Assembly (NCBI GenBank): GCA_965203195.1
Contig: OZ241860.1
Coordinates: forward strand, 642,334 to 706,333
DNA length: 64,000 nucleotides
DNA from: Dehalococcoidia bacterium
GTDB lineage: Bacteria; Chloroflexota; Dehalococcoidia; Lucifugimonadales; UBA3495
Direction: 5' to 3'
In this document: positions 18,160 through 26,910 of the stretch, in pieces
Layout: every line of letters starts with the position of its first letter
Numbering within the stretch: position 1 is the first letter of the stretch
The notes under the pieces: generated by a model
The model's database searches: none
Told to the model about the DNA's origin: nothing
What the model saw: the letters and a program-made list of their open reading frames with translations, nothing else
Translations under genes and position numbers: made by a program

Positions 18160-19314
18160 ATGATACGCACCAGCGACTTTGACTATCACCTGCCCCCGGA
18201 GCGCATCGCGCAGACGCCGTGCGAGCCGAGGGACGCGTCCCGGCTGCTGGCGCTGCGCCGGCCCGCCGGCGGCGGCAATGTCAATATCAACATCAATGCC
18301 GCTGCCGCTGCCGCCGATACCGATGCCGCCGGGGGCGGCGCCGTTATTGAGCACCGCAGGTTTCGCAGTTTGCCCGATTATCTGCGGGCCGGCGATTTGA
18401 TGGTGTTCAACCGCAGCCGCGTCCTGCCGGCCCGGCTGTACGGCGCCGAAATCCGTTCCGGGGCGCGGGTGGAGCTGCTGCTAGTGCGGCGGCAGCAGCC
18501 GGGGGTGTGGCAGGCTTTGGGGCGTCCGGGCCGGCGGCTGCGCGCCGGCGCCGAGGTTATCATCGGCCCGGAAGTCGTCGGCCCGGAAGGCGCCGGGTTG
18601 GAAGGCGCCGGGGCGGCATCGGAAACCATCCGGGCTACGGTGCTGGAAACCCACGAAAACGGTCTCCGCACCGTCCGTCTTTCCGACGAAGCGGCGCTGC
18701 ATCGTCTGGGGGAAATGCCGCTGCCGCCCTACATCAAGGAAAAGCCGGCCGACCCGGAACGCTACCAGACGGTTTATGCGGACACACCCGGCAGTGTGGC
18801 GGCTCCCACCGCCGGCCTGCATTTCACCGACCGGATGTTCCGGGACATTCGCGCCCGGGGGGCGACCATAGCGTGGGTAACGCTCCATGTGGGGCTGGAC
18901 ACTTTTCGTCCGGTGCACGGCGAGGACGCCGGGGCGCACCGGATACATACCGAATGGTACGAGCTGCCCGCCGCCACTGCCGCCGCCGTCAATGGCGCGC
19001 GGCGGGCGGGCGGGCGCGTCATCGCCGTAGGCACCACCACCGTGCGCACGCTGGAACAGGCGGCGCAGGACGCCTGGCGGGCGGGGCGTACCGAAATCGT
19101 AGCCGCCACCGGGGACGCCGATTTGTTCATCTTGCCGGGGCATCCGTTCCGGCTGGTGGACGCGATGGTCACCAACTTTCACCTGCCCCGTTCCACTCTG
19201 CTGATGCTGGTGTCGGCATTCGCCGGCCGGGAGGCCATCCTGTCGGCATACCGGGAAGCCGTAGCCCGCGAATATCGCTTCTATTCCTTTGGCGATGCGA
19301 TGTTGATTCTCTGA
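18160..19314 (+). CDS. queA: S-adenosylmethionine:tRNA ribosyltransferase-isomerase
   Basis: 384 aa. The N-terminus is the classic QueA sequence MIRTSDFDYHLPPERIAQTP...RDASRLL. Also present are GRPGRRL, LPPYI and TNFHLPRSTLLMLV. It carries a low-complexity insert, NVNININAAAAAADTDAAGGG. Confidence 0.9.
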   Translation: MIRTSDFDYHLPPERIAQTPCEPRDASRLLALRRPAGGGNVNININAAAAAADTDAAGGGAVIEHRRFRSLPDYLRAGDLMVFNRSRVLPARLYGAEIRSGARVELLLVRRQQPGVWQALGRPGRRLRAGAEVIIGPEVVGPEGAGLEGAGAASETIRATVLETHENGLRTVRLSDEAALHRLGEMPLPPYIKEKPADPERYQTVYADTPGSVAAPTAGLHFTDRMFRDIRARGATIAWVTLHVGLDTFRPVHGEDAGAHRIHTEWYELPAATAAAVNGARRAGGRVIAVGTTTVRTLEQAAQDAWRAGRTEIVAATGDADLFILPGHPFRLVDAMVTNFHLPRSTLLMLVSAFAGREAILSAYREAVAREYRFYSFGDAMLIL

Positions 19315-19335
19315 ACGCCCGCGGCGCCGGCCGGA

Positions 19336-19827
19336 TCAGGGGCCGGCCTGGCGGCGGCGTTCCCGGCTGGCAATGAAGTGCGTGGCTTCGTCGGGGCTGA
19401 TGCGGCCGACGGGGCCGCTGGCGTACATTGCGCCCAGCACTACGCCGCCGCGCCCCAGCAGAAACTCGGTGGGCTGGATGTAGCCGCCGCGGTCCTCCGA
19501 CCACCAGGCGCCCAGCAGGTTGGCGTCGGCGCGGCTGACGCCGTAGGCCATGGGGAAGGTTACGCCCGCTTTGGCGGCCATTTCCTGCACCGCCGCTTGG
19601 GGTTCCACGCTGGCGGCGACAATGCGGAGGCCAATTGCGGCCAGCGCGGCGCTTTGGGACTGCCAGGCGGCCAACTGCCGCGCGCAGTAGGGTCACCAGA
19701 CGCCCCGGTAGAACAGCAGCGCCAGGTAGCGGGAGGACAGGTCGGACGGCAGCGACAGAGCGCCGCCGTCAATCAGGTTGAGGGCGAGGGGCGGCAGACG
19801 GTCGCCCTGCTGTAGTTTGGCGTTCAT
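19336..19827 (-). CDS. AhpC/TSA (peroxiredoxin-like) thiol-disulfide oxidoreductase with in-frame TGA at the catalytic Cys position (candidate selenoprotein, UxxC)
   Basis: ORFs 19693..19926 and 19336..19674 are in the same frame, separated only by the TGA at 19693-19695. The joined sequence reads ...LALLFYRGVW-[TGA]-PYCARQLAAW..., matching the FYRGxWCPxC redox motif. Start at MNAKLQ (ATG 19825-19827). Confidence 0.6.
19660..19687 (-). promoter_or_regulatory. candidate bacterial SECIS hairpin
   Basis: The minus-strand sequence ctgc-gc-gcggc-AGUUG-gccgc-ctg-gcag forms 4+5 bp stems with an internal loop. It starts 6 nt 3' of the TGA. The apical loop contains GU and begins 17 nt after the TGA. 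Confidence 0.45.
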
Positions 19828-19856
19828 AATGGCGGGTGCGCTCCTCATCGCCGGGG

Positions 19857-20348
19857 TTAACGATCGCTGGCAGTGACGCCTTCGGGCCAGAAAAGTTCGT
19901 ACAGCCGCTGCGACAGCTGTTCGCACAGGCGCACGCCACTGGCGACGCGCGCCGGCGAGGCTTCGTCCTCATAAAAGTTCGTGTGCAGGTAGCGGGCGAC
20001 GCTGAAAGCGTTGTTGAGCCAAGTCTCCGTGTCGGCATCGCCAGATTGTCCGACCAGGGCGCTCAATTCCTCCAGCACGCTCCAGATGGCGCGGTGGGTG
20101 TGGATGACGCCGCCGTGGTGGGCGCTGATGGCTTTGACGGTTTCGGCGACCATCCCCCACGCCTTGTTGGAGGCTTGGGGCAAGTCGCCATCCTCCCGGA
20201 GGTGTTTCCAGGCGCCAGCGCGGAAATCACGGCTCATGCGGGCGTACTTTGCCGGCGACCGGCTGGCGTCATTAGGGGATGGCCGGTCGCGCACGGATGC
20301 CAGGCCGCGCCTGACCGCCGCCGCAGTGTCGTTAGCGGAGTAAATCAT
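19857..20348 (-). CDS. PaREP1-like / HEPN-fold-like all-helical protein (paralogue 1)
   Basis: 163 aa. The segment AWKHLREDGDLPQASNKAWGMVAETVKAISAHHG resembles the PaREP1 pattern (..GD..QASEK.WGA...A.KA.A...). Confidence 0.5.
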   Translation of the reverse strand: MIYSANDTAAAVRRGLASVRDRPSPNDASRSPAKYARMSRDFRAGAWKHLREDGDLPQASNKAWGMVAETVKAISAHHGGVIHTHRAIWSVLEELSALVGQSGDADTETWLNNAFSVARYLHTNFYEDEASPARVASGVRLCEQLSQRLYELFWPEGVTASDR

Positions 20349-20390
20349 CGGGTTGCCTTTTGCCGACGGACGCCGGCGATGGGGGGTTCA

Positions 20391-20873
20391 CTAATCAGAG
20401 GCGTCGGCGCCTTCGGGCCAGAACGTTTGGTAGAGCAGCTGCGACAGCGTCTCACACAGCACAAGGCCATCGGCAACTTCTGCCGCTGTTTCCTCATCCT
20501 CATAATAATTGGAATGGAGGGCGCGCGCGGTGCGGAAGGCGTTGTTAATCAGGTTACGCGCTTCCAAATCGCCGGCGGCTTCGGCCAGCCCCGCCAGTTC
20601 CCGCATCACCAGCCAGATTGAGCCGTGAGCGTGAATGATGCCGCCGTGGTGGGCGCTGATGGCTTTGACGGTTTCGGCGACCAGCCCCCACGCCTTGCTG
20701 GAGGCTTGCGGCAAGTCGCCATCCTCCCGGAGGTGTTTCCAGGCGCCAGCGCGGAAATCCCGGCTGAGGCGGGCGTATTTCTCCGGGGTGCGGCCGGCGT
20801 CACCCGGCTGCGGCGGGTCGCGGCGCAGCGCGCGGGCCACGGCGGCGGCGATGTCATCGCTGGTATAAGTCAT
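20391..20873 (-). CDS. PaREP1-like / HEPN-fold-like all-helical protein (paralogue 2)
   Basis: 160 aa tandem paralogue of 19857..20348. The central roughly 140 nt are near-identical between the two genes. Confidence 0.5.
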   Translation of the reverse strand: MTYTSDDIAAAVARALRRDPPQPGDAGRTPEKYARLSRDFRAGAWKHLREDGDLPQASSKAWGLVAETVKAISAHHGGIIHAHGSIWLVMRELAGLAEAAGDLEARNLINNAFRTARALHSNYYEDEETAAEVADGLVLCETLSQLLYQTFWPEGADASD

Positions 20874-20948
20874 CGGGTTGCCTCATACAAAATGATGACG
20901 GAAAGTGCGCGGGGGCGGCATAACAACCGTCCCCGCCCGGGTTCGGGG

Positions 20949-22172
20949 TTAGCAGGTGGCGCCGCCGGCGGCGGGCTGCTTGAGCTTCTCCGGCCACCAG
21001 GGGTCATCGTAGTCGGTGAACAGATCCTTCACATAAGGCATCACTTCGGTGGCGAACAGGTCGGTGTTCTTCCGCACCAGTTCGGGCGGCATACTGCCGA
21101 TCTGGAGCAGCACCATCAGGTGTCCGATGCGGAGCAGTTCGCAGGCTTCGGTCAGCTTCTGCCGCACGGTTTCGGGGCTGCCGCCGATGACATGGCCCTG
21201 CCGGATGTAATCCTGCCAGGTGTTTTCGGTGGCGGCGCGCTGGGCTTCCTCGCCCATCTGCGGGCGCAGGGACTTGCGGATGGAGTCCAGCGAGCGGTAG
21301 CCGGGCGATTCGGCGAAGGGCGGATAGACGCGCAGCATCTTTTCGTAAAAGTACTTGACGTGCTGCTCGTAGTCCTGCTCCGCCTGGGCGTCGGTTTCGG
21401 AGACGCAGACCAGTTGCAGGAAGCCCAGCCGGTGGGGGTTGTCGTCCACGCCCCTTTCGGCAACCCGCTCCCAGTAGCCCTTGACGATGTTGTGGCCGCG
21501 CAGATACCCGTAGTAGGACAGGTAGCAGTACACATAGTCCCGGTCCAGCACCCAGTCCCAGGTTTCCAGGCTGCCGGAGCCGGGAATCCAGACCGGCGGG
21601 TGCGGTTCCTGCATCGGGCGGGGCCAGATGCTGATGTAGCGCAGCTTGTTGTACTTGCCGTTGAATATAGTGGGCTGGCGCTGCGTCCACGCCTGCATCA
21701 CCACATCGTGGGCTTCGGTGTGGCGGTCGCGCAGGGTGATGGGAACCTGGCCGTAGGAAAAGGTGGTGTCCATTGAGGTGCCGACCGGGAAGCCGGCCAC
21801 CAGCCGCCCGCCGGAGATGACATCCAGCATGGCCATTTCCTCGGCCACGCGCACGGGCGGGTTGTACAGCGCCAAGCTGTTGCCCAGCACGATGAGGGCG
21901 CCGTTGCTGGTGGTGTTCGCCAGCACCGAGGCGATGAGGTTGGGCGACGGCATAATGCCGTAAGCGTTGTTGTGGTGTTCGTTGACGCAGATGCCGTCAA
22001 AGCCCACTGCGTCGGCGTAGCGCAGCTGGTCGATATAGTCGGCGTAGTACCGGCTGCCCTTGTCCGGGTCGAAATTTTCGTTGGGCAGGTCAACCCAGGC
22101 CGAATGGTGCTGCTGGGCGAAATCGTCGGGCAGGTCCTGGTAGGGCATCAGGTGGAAGAAGGAGACTTTCAT
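20949..22172 (-). CDS. LLM class (luciferase-like) flavin-dependent oxidoreductase
   Basis: Start at MKVSFFHLMPY. Motifs VNEHHNN and DVISGGRL. Paralogous to 40123..41358 and 49818..50945. Confidence 0.8.
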   Translation of the reverse strand: MKVSFFHLMPYQDLPDDFAQQHHSAWVDLPNENFDPDKGSRYYADYIDQLRYADAVGFDGICVNEHHNNAYGIMPSPNLIASVLANTTSNGALIVLGNSLALYNPPVRVAEEMAMLDVISGGRLVAGFPVGTSMDTTFSYGQVPITLRDRHTEAHDVVMQAWTQRQPTIFNGKYNKLRYISIWPRPMQEPHPPVWIPGSGSLETWDWVLDRDYVYCYLSYYGYLRGHNIVKGYWERVAERGVDDNPHRLGFLQLVCVSETDAQAEQDYEQHVKYFYEKMLRVYPPFAESPGYRSLDSIRKSLRPQMGEEAQRAATENTWQDYIRQGHVIGGSPETVRQKLTEACELLRIGHLMVLLQIGSMPPELVRKNTDLFATEVMPYVKDLFTDYDDPWWPEKLKQPAAGGATC

Positions 22173-22296
22173 GATGGCGTACCTCGGCGGCGCAGTGCCG
22201 CCCGCGCGTGTTGGATGACCGGATTGTACCACAGCGGTGAGCGGATGCTCATGGAGTGGATCTGGATAAATCAGTGACGGGATGTTTCATCCGCAG

Positions 22297-23211
22297 TCAT
22301 TGGCCTGTCCAATCCTTTGCCAGCTGTAGTAATTGTTTTGGATTAATTTCACCGCGGTGATCCTGAACGTGCCTGATGACGCCTAACTGCGGCGAAATTG
22401 AAAGAGTGCAACGTGGGCCATCGTCTTTTGAAGGGCAATAGTATGCGATGATTCCCTCTCTCCGTGCCGATGGCCAATTAGTCTGCATTAGGGTAGCACC
22501 ATGGAGCGGGCATATGTACTCCCCTGACTCATTTGTTGGACAGGCGTTAATGGTATCCATTGCAATTTCCACCCCGGTATTAGTGCGATTCTTTGAGGGG
22601 GAATCTGCGTTGGGTGCGGCGTGATTGCTCAAGCTAGACGACGGGAAAAGGTCATCTACAGCACAAGCGAAGCCGGGCAGCACGGGTTCGGCAGTGATAG
22701 TGTCGCCGGGGCGGAACACCGCAGCCTGGTCCGGCGCAAAGGCAATGACGGAGCGGCGCTCCGGGAACATCTGCCACACCAGCCGCACGCCGGCCGCCAG
22801 ATATTCCTCAACCTTGCTGAACATATCGGCAGCGGTGTTGTTCGGCGATATGATTTCAATGGCAAAGGCGGGAACCAGGTAGTAGATCGCTTCCGCAGCA
22901 ACAGGCGGTTCGCCCACGAACAGAGCCAGGTCAGGCTTCCGCATCCGCTCCCGGTTGGCACCAACTATGATAGCCGGTCCGTGCAACACTTCGCCCAAGC
23001 CGTGCTGGTCGGCGAAGGCGCCGATACGGCGGTCAACGCGCCCAGCTACCCTGGCGTGATTGTACATCGGCGGCGTCATGCCTTTGCCCTCGCCATCCCA
23101 GACGTGCTTTTTGACCAAGCGGCCGTCAATCAGCTCGCAGCCGTCGGTCATATCCTCCGGCAGCGTCCAGAATTCCTCCACCGTGTACAGCCTTTCGGCA
23201 GCGGCAACCAT
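22297..23211 (-). CDS. Uma2 family endonuclease with a low-GC Cys-containing C-terminal extension
   Basis: Start at MVAAAERLYTVEEFW. Uma2 core PDLALF...PAFAIEIISPNN...YLAAGVRLVWQMFP. The last roughly 100 aa (22297-22640) are A/T-rich and contain CPTNESGEYICPLHG...YYCPSKDDGPRC. Confidence 0.65.
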   Translation of the reverse strand: MVAAAERLYTVEEFWTLPEDMTDGCELIDGRLVKKHVWDGEGKGMTPPMYNHARVAGRVDRRIGAFADQHGLGEVLHGPAIIVGANRERMRKPDLALFVGEPPVAAEAIYYLVPAFAIEIISPNNTAADMFSKVEEYLAAGVRLVWQMFPERRSVIAFAPDQAAVFRPGDTITAEPVLPGFACAVDDLFPSSSLSNHAAPNADSPSKNRTNTGVEIAMDTINACPTNESGEYICPLHGATLMQTNWPSARREGIIAYYCPSKDDGPRCTLSISPQLGVIRHVQDHRGEINPKQLLQLAKDWTGQ

Positions 23212-23290
23212 GTTTTTTACCTCCACAAAGACAAAGCGTCCGGCCCCCCAATGTGCGTCCGCCGGCCTTGCGCCCGGGTATCTATCACCT

Positions 23291-23392
23291 TTACCTGTCG
23301 GGGCCGCTTCCCTGTCGCGCCGTTTCCGACGATGGGATTGTACCACAAAGGAATTCACCCACCGTGTAGAGTTTTTCGGCAACGGAAACCAT
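23291..23392 (-). pseudogene. 5' relic of a Uma2 gene
   Basis: MVSVAEKLYTVGEFL... parallels MVAAAERLYTVEEFW of the intact gene 180 nt downstream, with nucleotide-level similarity. It then diverges and stops after 33 codons. Confidence 0.4.
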
Positions 23393-23540
23393 CGGATTTA
23401 CCCTCCGATACGGGGAGGCCGGTTCGGATTTGGAAACCGGCAAACAGAATTGCGGCGGCGGCAAACACATTGCCCACCGCCGCGCTATGCCGGTGTTCGT
23501 TTGGCATCGTCCGGGGCCGCATCCGGATCGGCCGGCGGCA

Positions 23541-24383
23541 TCAGCCGGCCAGCCAGTTCCTGACGGCGGCGATGAAGTCCGCCGGGTTGTCCTCAAAGAC
23601 CATGTGGCCGGCCCGTTCGATTTCCGCCAGAGCCCCCTGGGGCAGGGCGTCAATCATCTGCCGGGCGGTTGCCACGGTGAGCAAATCGGTTTCCGTGCCG
23701 CGCGCCAGCAGGGTGGGGCAAGTTATCCGTTCCAGCGCCGGCCAGAGGTCGACGGACGGCGCGGCGGTACCGTTGATGCGCTGCTCCCGGATGGCGGGGT
23801 CAAACTTCCAGCCGATTTTGCCGTTGGGCAGTTGCCGGGTCTGGCCGGCGAGGCGGCGGCGCATTACCCGCTCCGCGGCGAAACGGTTTCCGGTCTGGAC
23901 ATGGGCCAGGGCATCCTCAAAAGTGTCAAATTCGGGCGGCAGGTCGCGCAGCTCCCCGGTGATGCGGTTGCCGCCGGCGGGTTCAATGCGGGGGCCGATG
24001 TCCACGATGCACAGCCGTTCCAGCCGGTGGGGATAGCGGGCGGCGTAAGCCATGCTGTTGCGCCCGCCCATAGAATGGCCGAACAGGATGAACTGGTCCA
24101 GGCCGATGGCGTCCACAAAGCCGGCCAGGTCGGCCACAAAGGCGTCTATGGAATAGTCGCCGCCGGGGGCGTGGTCGGTGTCGCCGCGGCCCCGCTGGTC
24201 CAGGGCGAACACGTGGTAGTCGCCGCAGAGGGCTTCGGCCACATCGTCCCAGACGTGGGCGTGGCCGCGCAGGCCGTGGAGCAGAACCAGCGGGGGCGCG
24301 CCCTCGGTGCCCCAGTCGAGATAGTGCAGGTTGATGCCGTTGGCGGTTACGGTCTTGCTCCTGGGCAGCGTCATAGTGGTCAT
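23541..24383 (-). CDS. alpha/beta hydrolase
   Basis: 280 aa. HG oxyanion region LVLLHGL and nucleophile elbow GHSMGG. Confidence 0.85.
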   Translation of the reverse strand: MTTMTLPRSKTVTANGINLHYLDWGTEGAPPLVLLHGLRGHAHVWDDVAEALCGDYHVFALDQRGRGDTDHAPGGDYSIDAFVADLAGFVDAIGLDQFILFGHSMGGRNSMAYAARYPHRLERLCIVDIGPRIEPAGGNRITGELRDLPPEFDTFEDALAHVQTGNRFAAERVMRRRLAGQTRQLPNGKIGWKFDPAIREQRINGTAAPSVDLWPALERITCPTLLARGTETDLLTVATARQMIDALPQGALAEIERAGHMVFEDNPADFIAAVRNWLAG

Positions 24384-25021
24384 AGCGATGGCTCCTTGTG
24401 CTTGTGTTTGCGCCCGGTGAAAAGAGAGGCCAGGATTTGTAAAAAGGACGGGCGGTAGTCGCCGGCGGCGCCGGCGGCGCGATACTCCGTTGCCGCGGCG
24501 GCGAAGCCGGGCGGCGGGTCAAAGAGGCCGGGGTGGGCAAGGCGCAGTTCGGCGGCGATGGCCGGGTCGATGCCGGCCGTTTGGTACAGGGAACGGGTGG
24601 CGGCCAGCTGCGCCGCCGTGTAGCCGGTGGCGAATTGCAGGTCGGCGCCGGCGAGGTCAGCGTCGGACAGGTTTGCCCCTTCCAGCCGGCAGTGGCGCAG
24701 ATTGGCGGAAACTAGGCTGGCGTTGACCAGACTGGCCTGGCCGAAGTTGGCGCGGTTGGCGTCAACCGACTCCATCCTGGCGCCGTCCAGGTTGGCTTCC
24801 CGCAGATCGCTGCCGATGAAAGAAACGCTCCGCAGATCGGCGGCGGTCAGTTTGGCCTGCCGCAGGTCGGCGTCATTGACGCGGGAATCCCACAGAATGG
24901 CCCGGCTCAGATCAGACTGGATCAGCTTGCTGCGGCTGAAGTCCGATTTGTCCAGCAGCATACCCTGGAATTTCAGCCGGCTGAGGTCAGCCGCCATCTT
25001 CCGCTGCTTCCGCTTCTTCAT
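24380..25021 (-). CDS. pentapeptide repeat protein
   Basis: 213 aa of A(D/N)LxX-type repeats (ADLRQAKLTAADLRSVSFIGSDLREANLDGA...). ATGA overlap with the downstream hydrolase gene. Confidence 0.85.
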   Translation of the reverse strand: MKKRKQRKMAADLSRLKFQGMLLDKSDFSRSKLIQSDLSRAILWDSRVNDADLRQAKLTAADLRSVSFIGSDLREANLDGARMESVDANRANFGQASLVNASLVSANLRHCRLEGANLSDADLAGADLQFATGYTAAQLAATRSLYQTAGIDPAIAAELRLAHPGLFDPPPGFAAAATEYRAAGAAGDYRPSFLQILASLFTGRKHKHKEPSL

Positions 25022-25547
25022 AGAAAACCCCTTCGGCGTCGTCTATTCCCCGTATCATCCGCAAAACCGTTTCGTATTCTACGGCAGGCTGACCGGAAAG
25101 TTGCGCGGCATCGGGTACGGAATCGGAAATCCCGGCCAGGTGGGCAATCAGTAGTCCATATATCGTGCGGCGGTAGTCCGGCGCGTCTATGGCGATATGG
25201 CGCAGTTGGTACAGGGCTCCAATCCTGACGACGGAGTTGTCGCTGCCCAGGTTGGCGATGGCGGCGTTGAGGCGGTCGGTGATGTTCCCCAGTTCCGTCA
25301 GTTCGGCGACCCGCTCGGCGGAGGATGCCCGGCGATTGGCGACCGCAATCTGCCAGATCAGCAGCGCGCCGCCCACCGCCAGCAGGTACACCCGCACCAG
25401 ATCAAGCCGTTGCTCCGCCGGCAGGCCCAGGCGGGCGGCGGCCGGCTCCAGGAACCACCACAGCAGCGCCAGTCCGCCCACGGCCAACATTCCCGCCAGG
25501 GCTACCGGCGCCAGCCGGCGCAGAGCGTGGTACACTCCGGCCGGCAT
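24987..25547 (-). CDS. membrane-anchored helical protein (possible detached N-terminal module of the pentapeptide protein)
   Basis: 186 aa with two N-terminal TM helices and a RIGALYQLRHIAIDAP segment. It overlaps the pentapeptide ORF by 35 nt in a different frame. Confidence 0.5.
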   Translation of the reverse strand: MPAGVYHALRRLAPVALAGMLAVGGLALLWWFLEPAAARLGLPAEQRLDLVRVYLLAVGGALLIWQIAVANRRASSAERVAELTELGNITDRLNAAIANLGSDNSVVRIGALYQLRHIAIDAPDYRRTIYGLLIAHLAGISDSVPDAAQLSGQPAVEYETVLRMIRGIDDAEGVFYEEAEAAEDGG

Positions 25548-25601
25548 TGTCCGCCGTCTGCCGCCGGACGCCCGGTCCGCCAGCCGCGCCGCCGCCTGGC
25601 C

Positions 25602-26390
25602 CTACTTCAGCTGCCAGTTGGGGCGGCGTTTCTCGGCGAAAGCGCGCGGCCCTTCCTTGCTGTCCTCGGTGGTCAGAATGTGGTCATAGGCCACATAGGT
25701 TCTGGCGCTGATTTCGGCAATGGACAGATCCAGGCTGTCGTAGGCCAGTTCCTTGATGGTACGCACCGCCAGGGGGGCGTTCTGCGCGATGCTTTCCGCC
25801 ATCTTGACGGCTTCCGGCAGCAGGTCGCCGGCCGGCACGACCTTGTTGAGAAAGCCCATTTCCTTGACCCGGGGCGCCGGCAGCAGGTCGGCGGTCATCA
25901 CCAGTTCCAGCACATTGGCGATGCCGATCATTTTGGTGAGTTCCACGGCGAAGGGCGGCATCAGGCTCCACTTGGTTTCGGTGATGCCCAGCCGGGCGTC
26001 CTCGGCGGCCAAGCGCACATCGCACATCTGCGCGATGGACCAGCCCCCGGCGGCGGCGGCGCCATTGACAGCCGCCACCAGCGGCTTGGCCGGGCGTTCC
26101 CACATATGCGGCTTGTTGGGCGACATACTGTTTTCGGCGCGGGCCCGCACGCCGGCGGCGTTGTCGGCGGCCCGCTCTTTCAGGTCCCGGCCGGCGCAGA
26201 AATTGCGCCCGGCGCCGGTAATCACCGCCACCCACGCCTCATCGTCCGCGTGGTCAAAGTGACTGATAACCTCCTGCAACTCCCGGCGCAGCTGCCGGTT
26301 GATGGCGTTGGACGACTCCGGGCGGTTCAGGGTGATGACGGCGACATGGTTGTCGGCGCCGGTCTTTTCGTAGCGTACGGTTTCAGGCAT
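25602..26390 (-). CDS. enoyl-CoA hydratase/isomerase (crotonase) family protein
   Basis: 262 aa. Crotonase-type segments VITGAGRNFCAGRDL and PLVAAVNGAAAAGG. Confidence 0.85.
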   Translation of the reverse strand: MPETVRYEKTGADNHVAVITLNRPESSNAINRQLRRELQEVISHFDHADDEAWVAVITGAGRNFCAGRDLKERAADNAAGVRARAENSMSPNKPHMWERPAKPLVAAVNGAAAAGGWSIAQMCDVRLAAEDARLGITETKWSLMPPFAVELTKMIGIANVLELVMTADLLPAPRVKEMGFLNKVVPAGDLLPEAVKMAESIAQNAPLAVRTIKELAYDSLDLSIAEISARTYVAYDHILTTEDSKEGPRAFAEKRRPNWQLK

Positions 26391-26504
26391 TGCAGTGCGG
26401 TCTCCTTGGAATGACGGATGGCGATAATGGATGGCGATGACGGATGATAGCCGGCAGCCCGGGCGGCGAAAGATGTTCCGGCGCCGGGCGGGGCGGACGC
26501 CGCG

Positions 26505-26864
26505 TCAGGCGTAATGGCCGAGGTATTGTCCGCCGATGACGTGCAGGTGGCCGTGGGGCTGGCTTTGCAGGCCATCGTAGCCGAAATTAGAGAGGATGCG
26601 AAACCCGTTGGGGCAGTACATACAACCCAGGTTGACGGCCACATCGCCCAGGCGGTTCATAATGCCGCTGCTCCACATTTCCAGCTGCGACATATGACGG
26701 CGGGGCATCACCAGCAGCATTATAGGCACCCAGGTTAGCCGGTTGACGAAGGCGATGATGTCGTTGTCCAAGTAGCGAATCCGCGCCGGTTCCCGCCCGG
26801 CGACGATTTCGCAGAACACGCAGTAGGGGGCAGCGGGTTGGGGGGTGAGGGCTTGACTGGTCAT
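26505..26864 (-). CDS. HIT family protein
   Basis: ORF trimmed to MTSQALT (119 aa). N-terminal CVFCEI and C-terminal histidine triad HGHLHVIGG. Confidence 0.8.
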   Translation of the reverse strand: MTSQALTPQPAAPYCVFCEIVAGREPARIRYLDNDIIAFVNRLTWVPIMLLVMPRRHMSQLEMWSSGIMNRLGDVAVNLGCMYCPNGFRILSNFGYDGLQSQPHGHLHVIGGQYLGHYA

Positions 26865-26910
26865 ATTGCTCCATCGCCGGCAGAAGGTTCGGGGCGGCTT
26901 CGGCTGCCGG

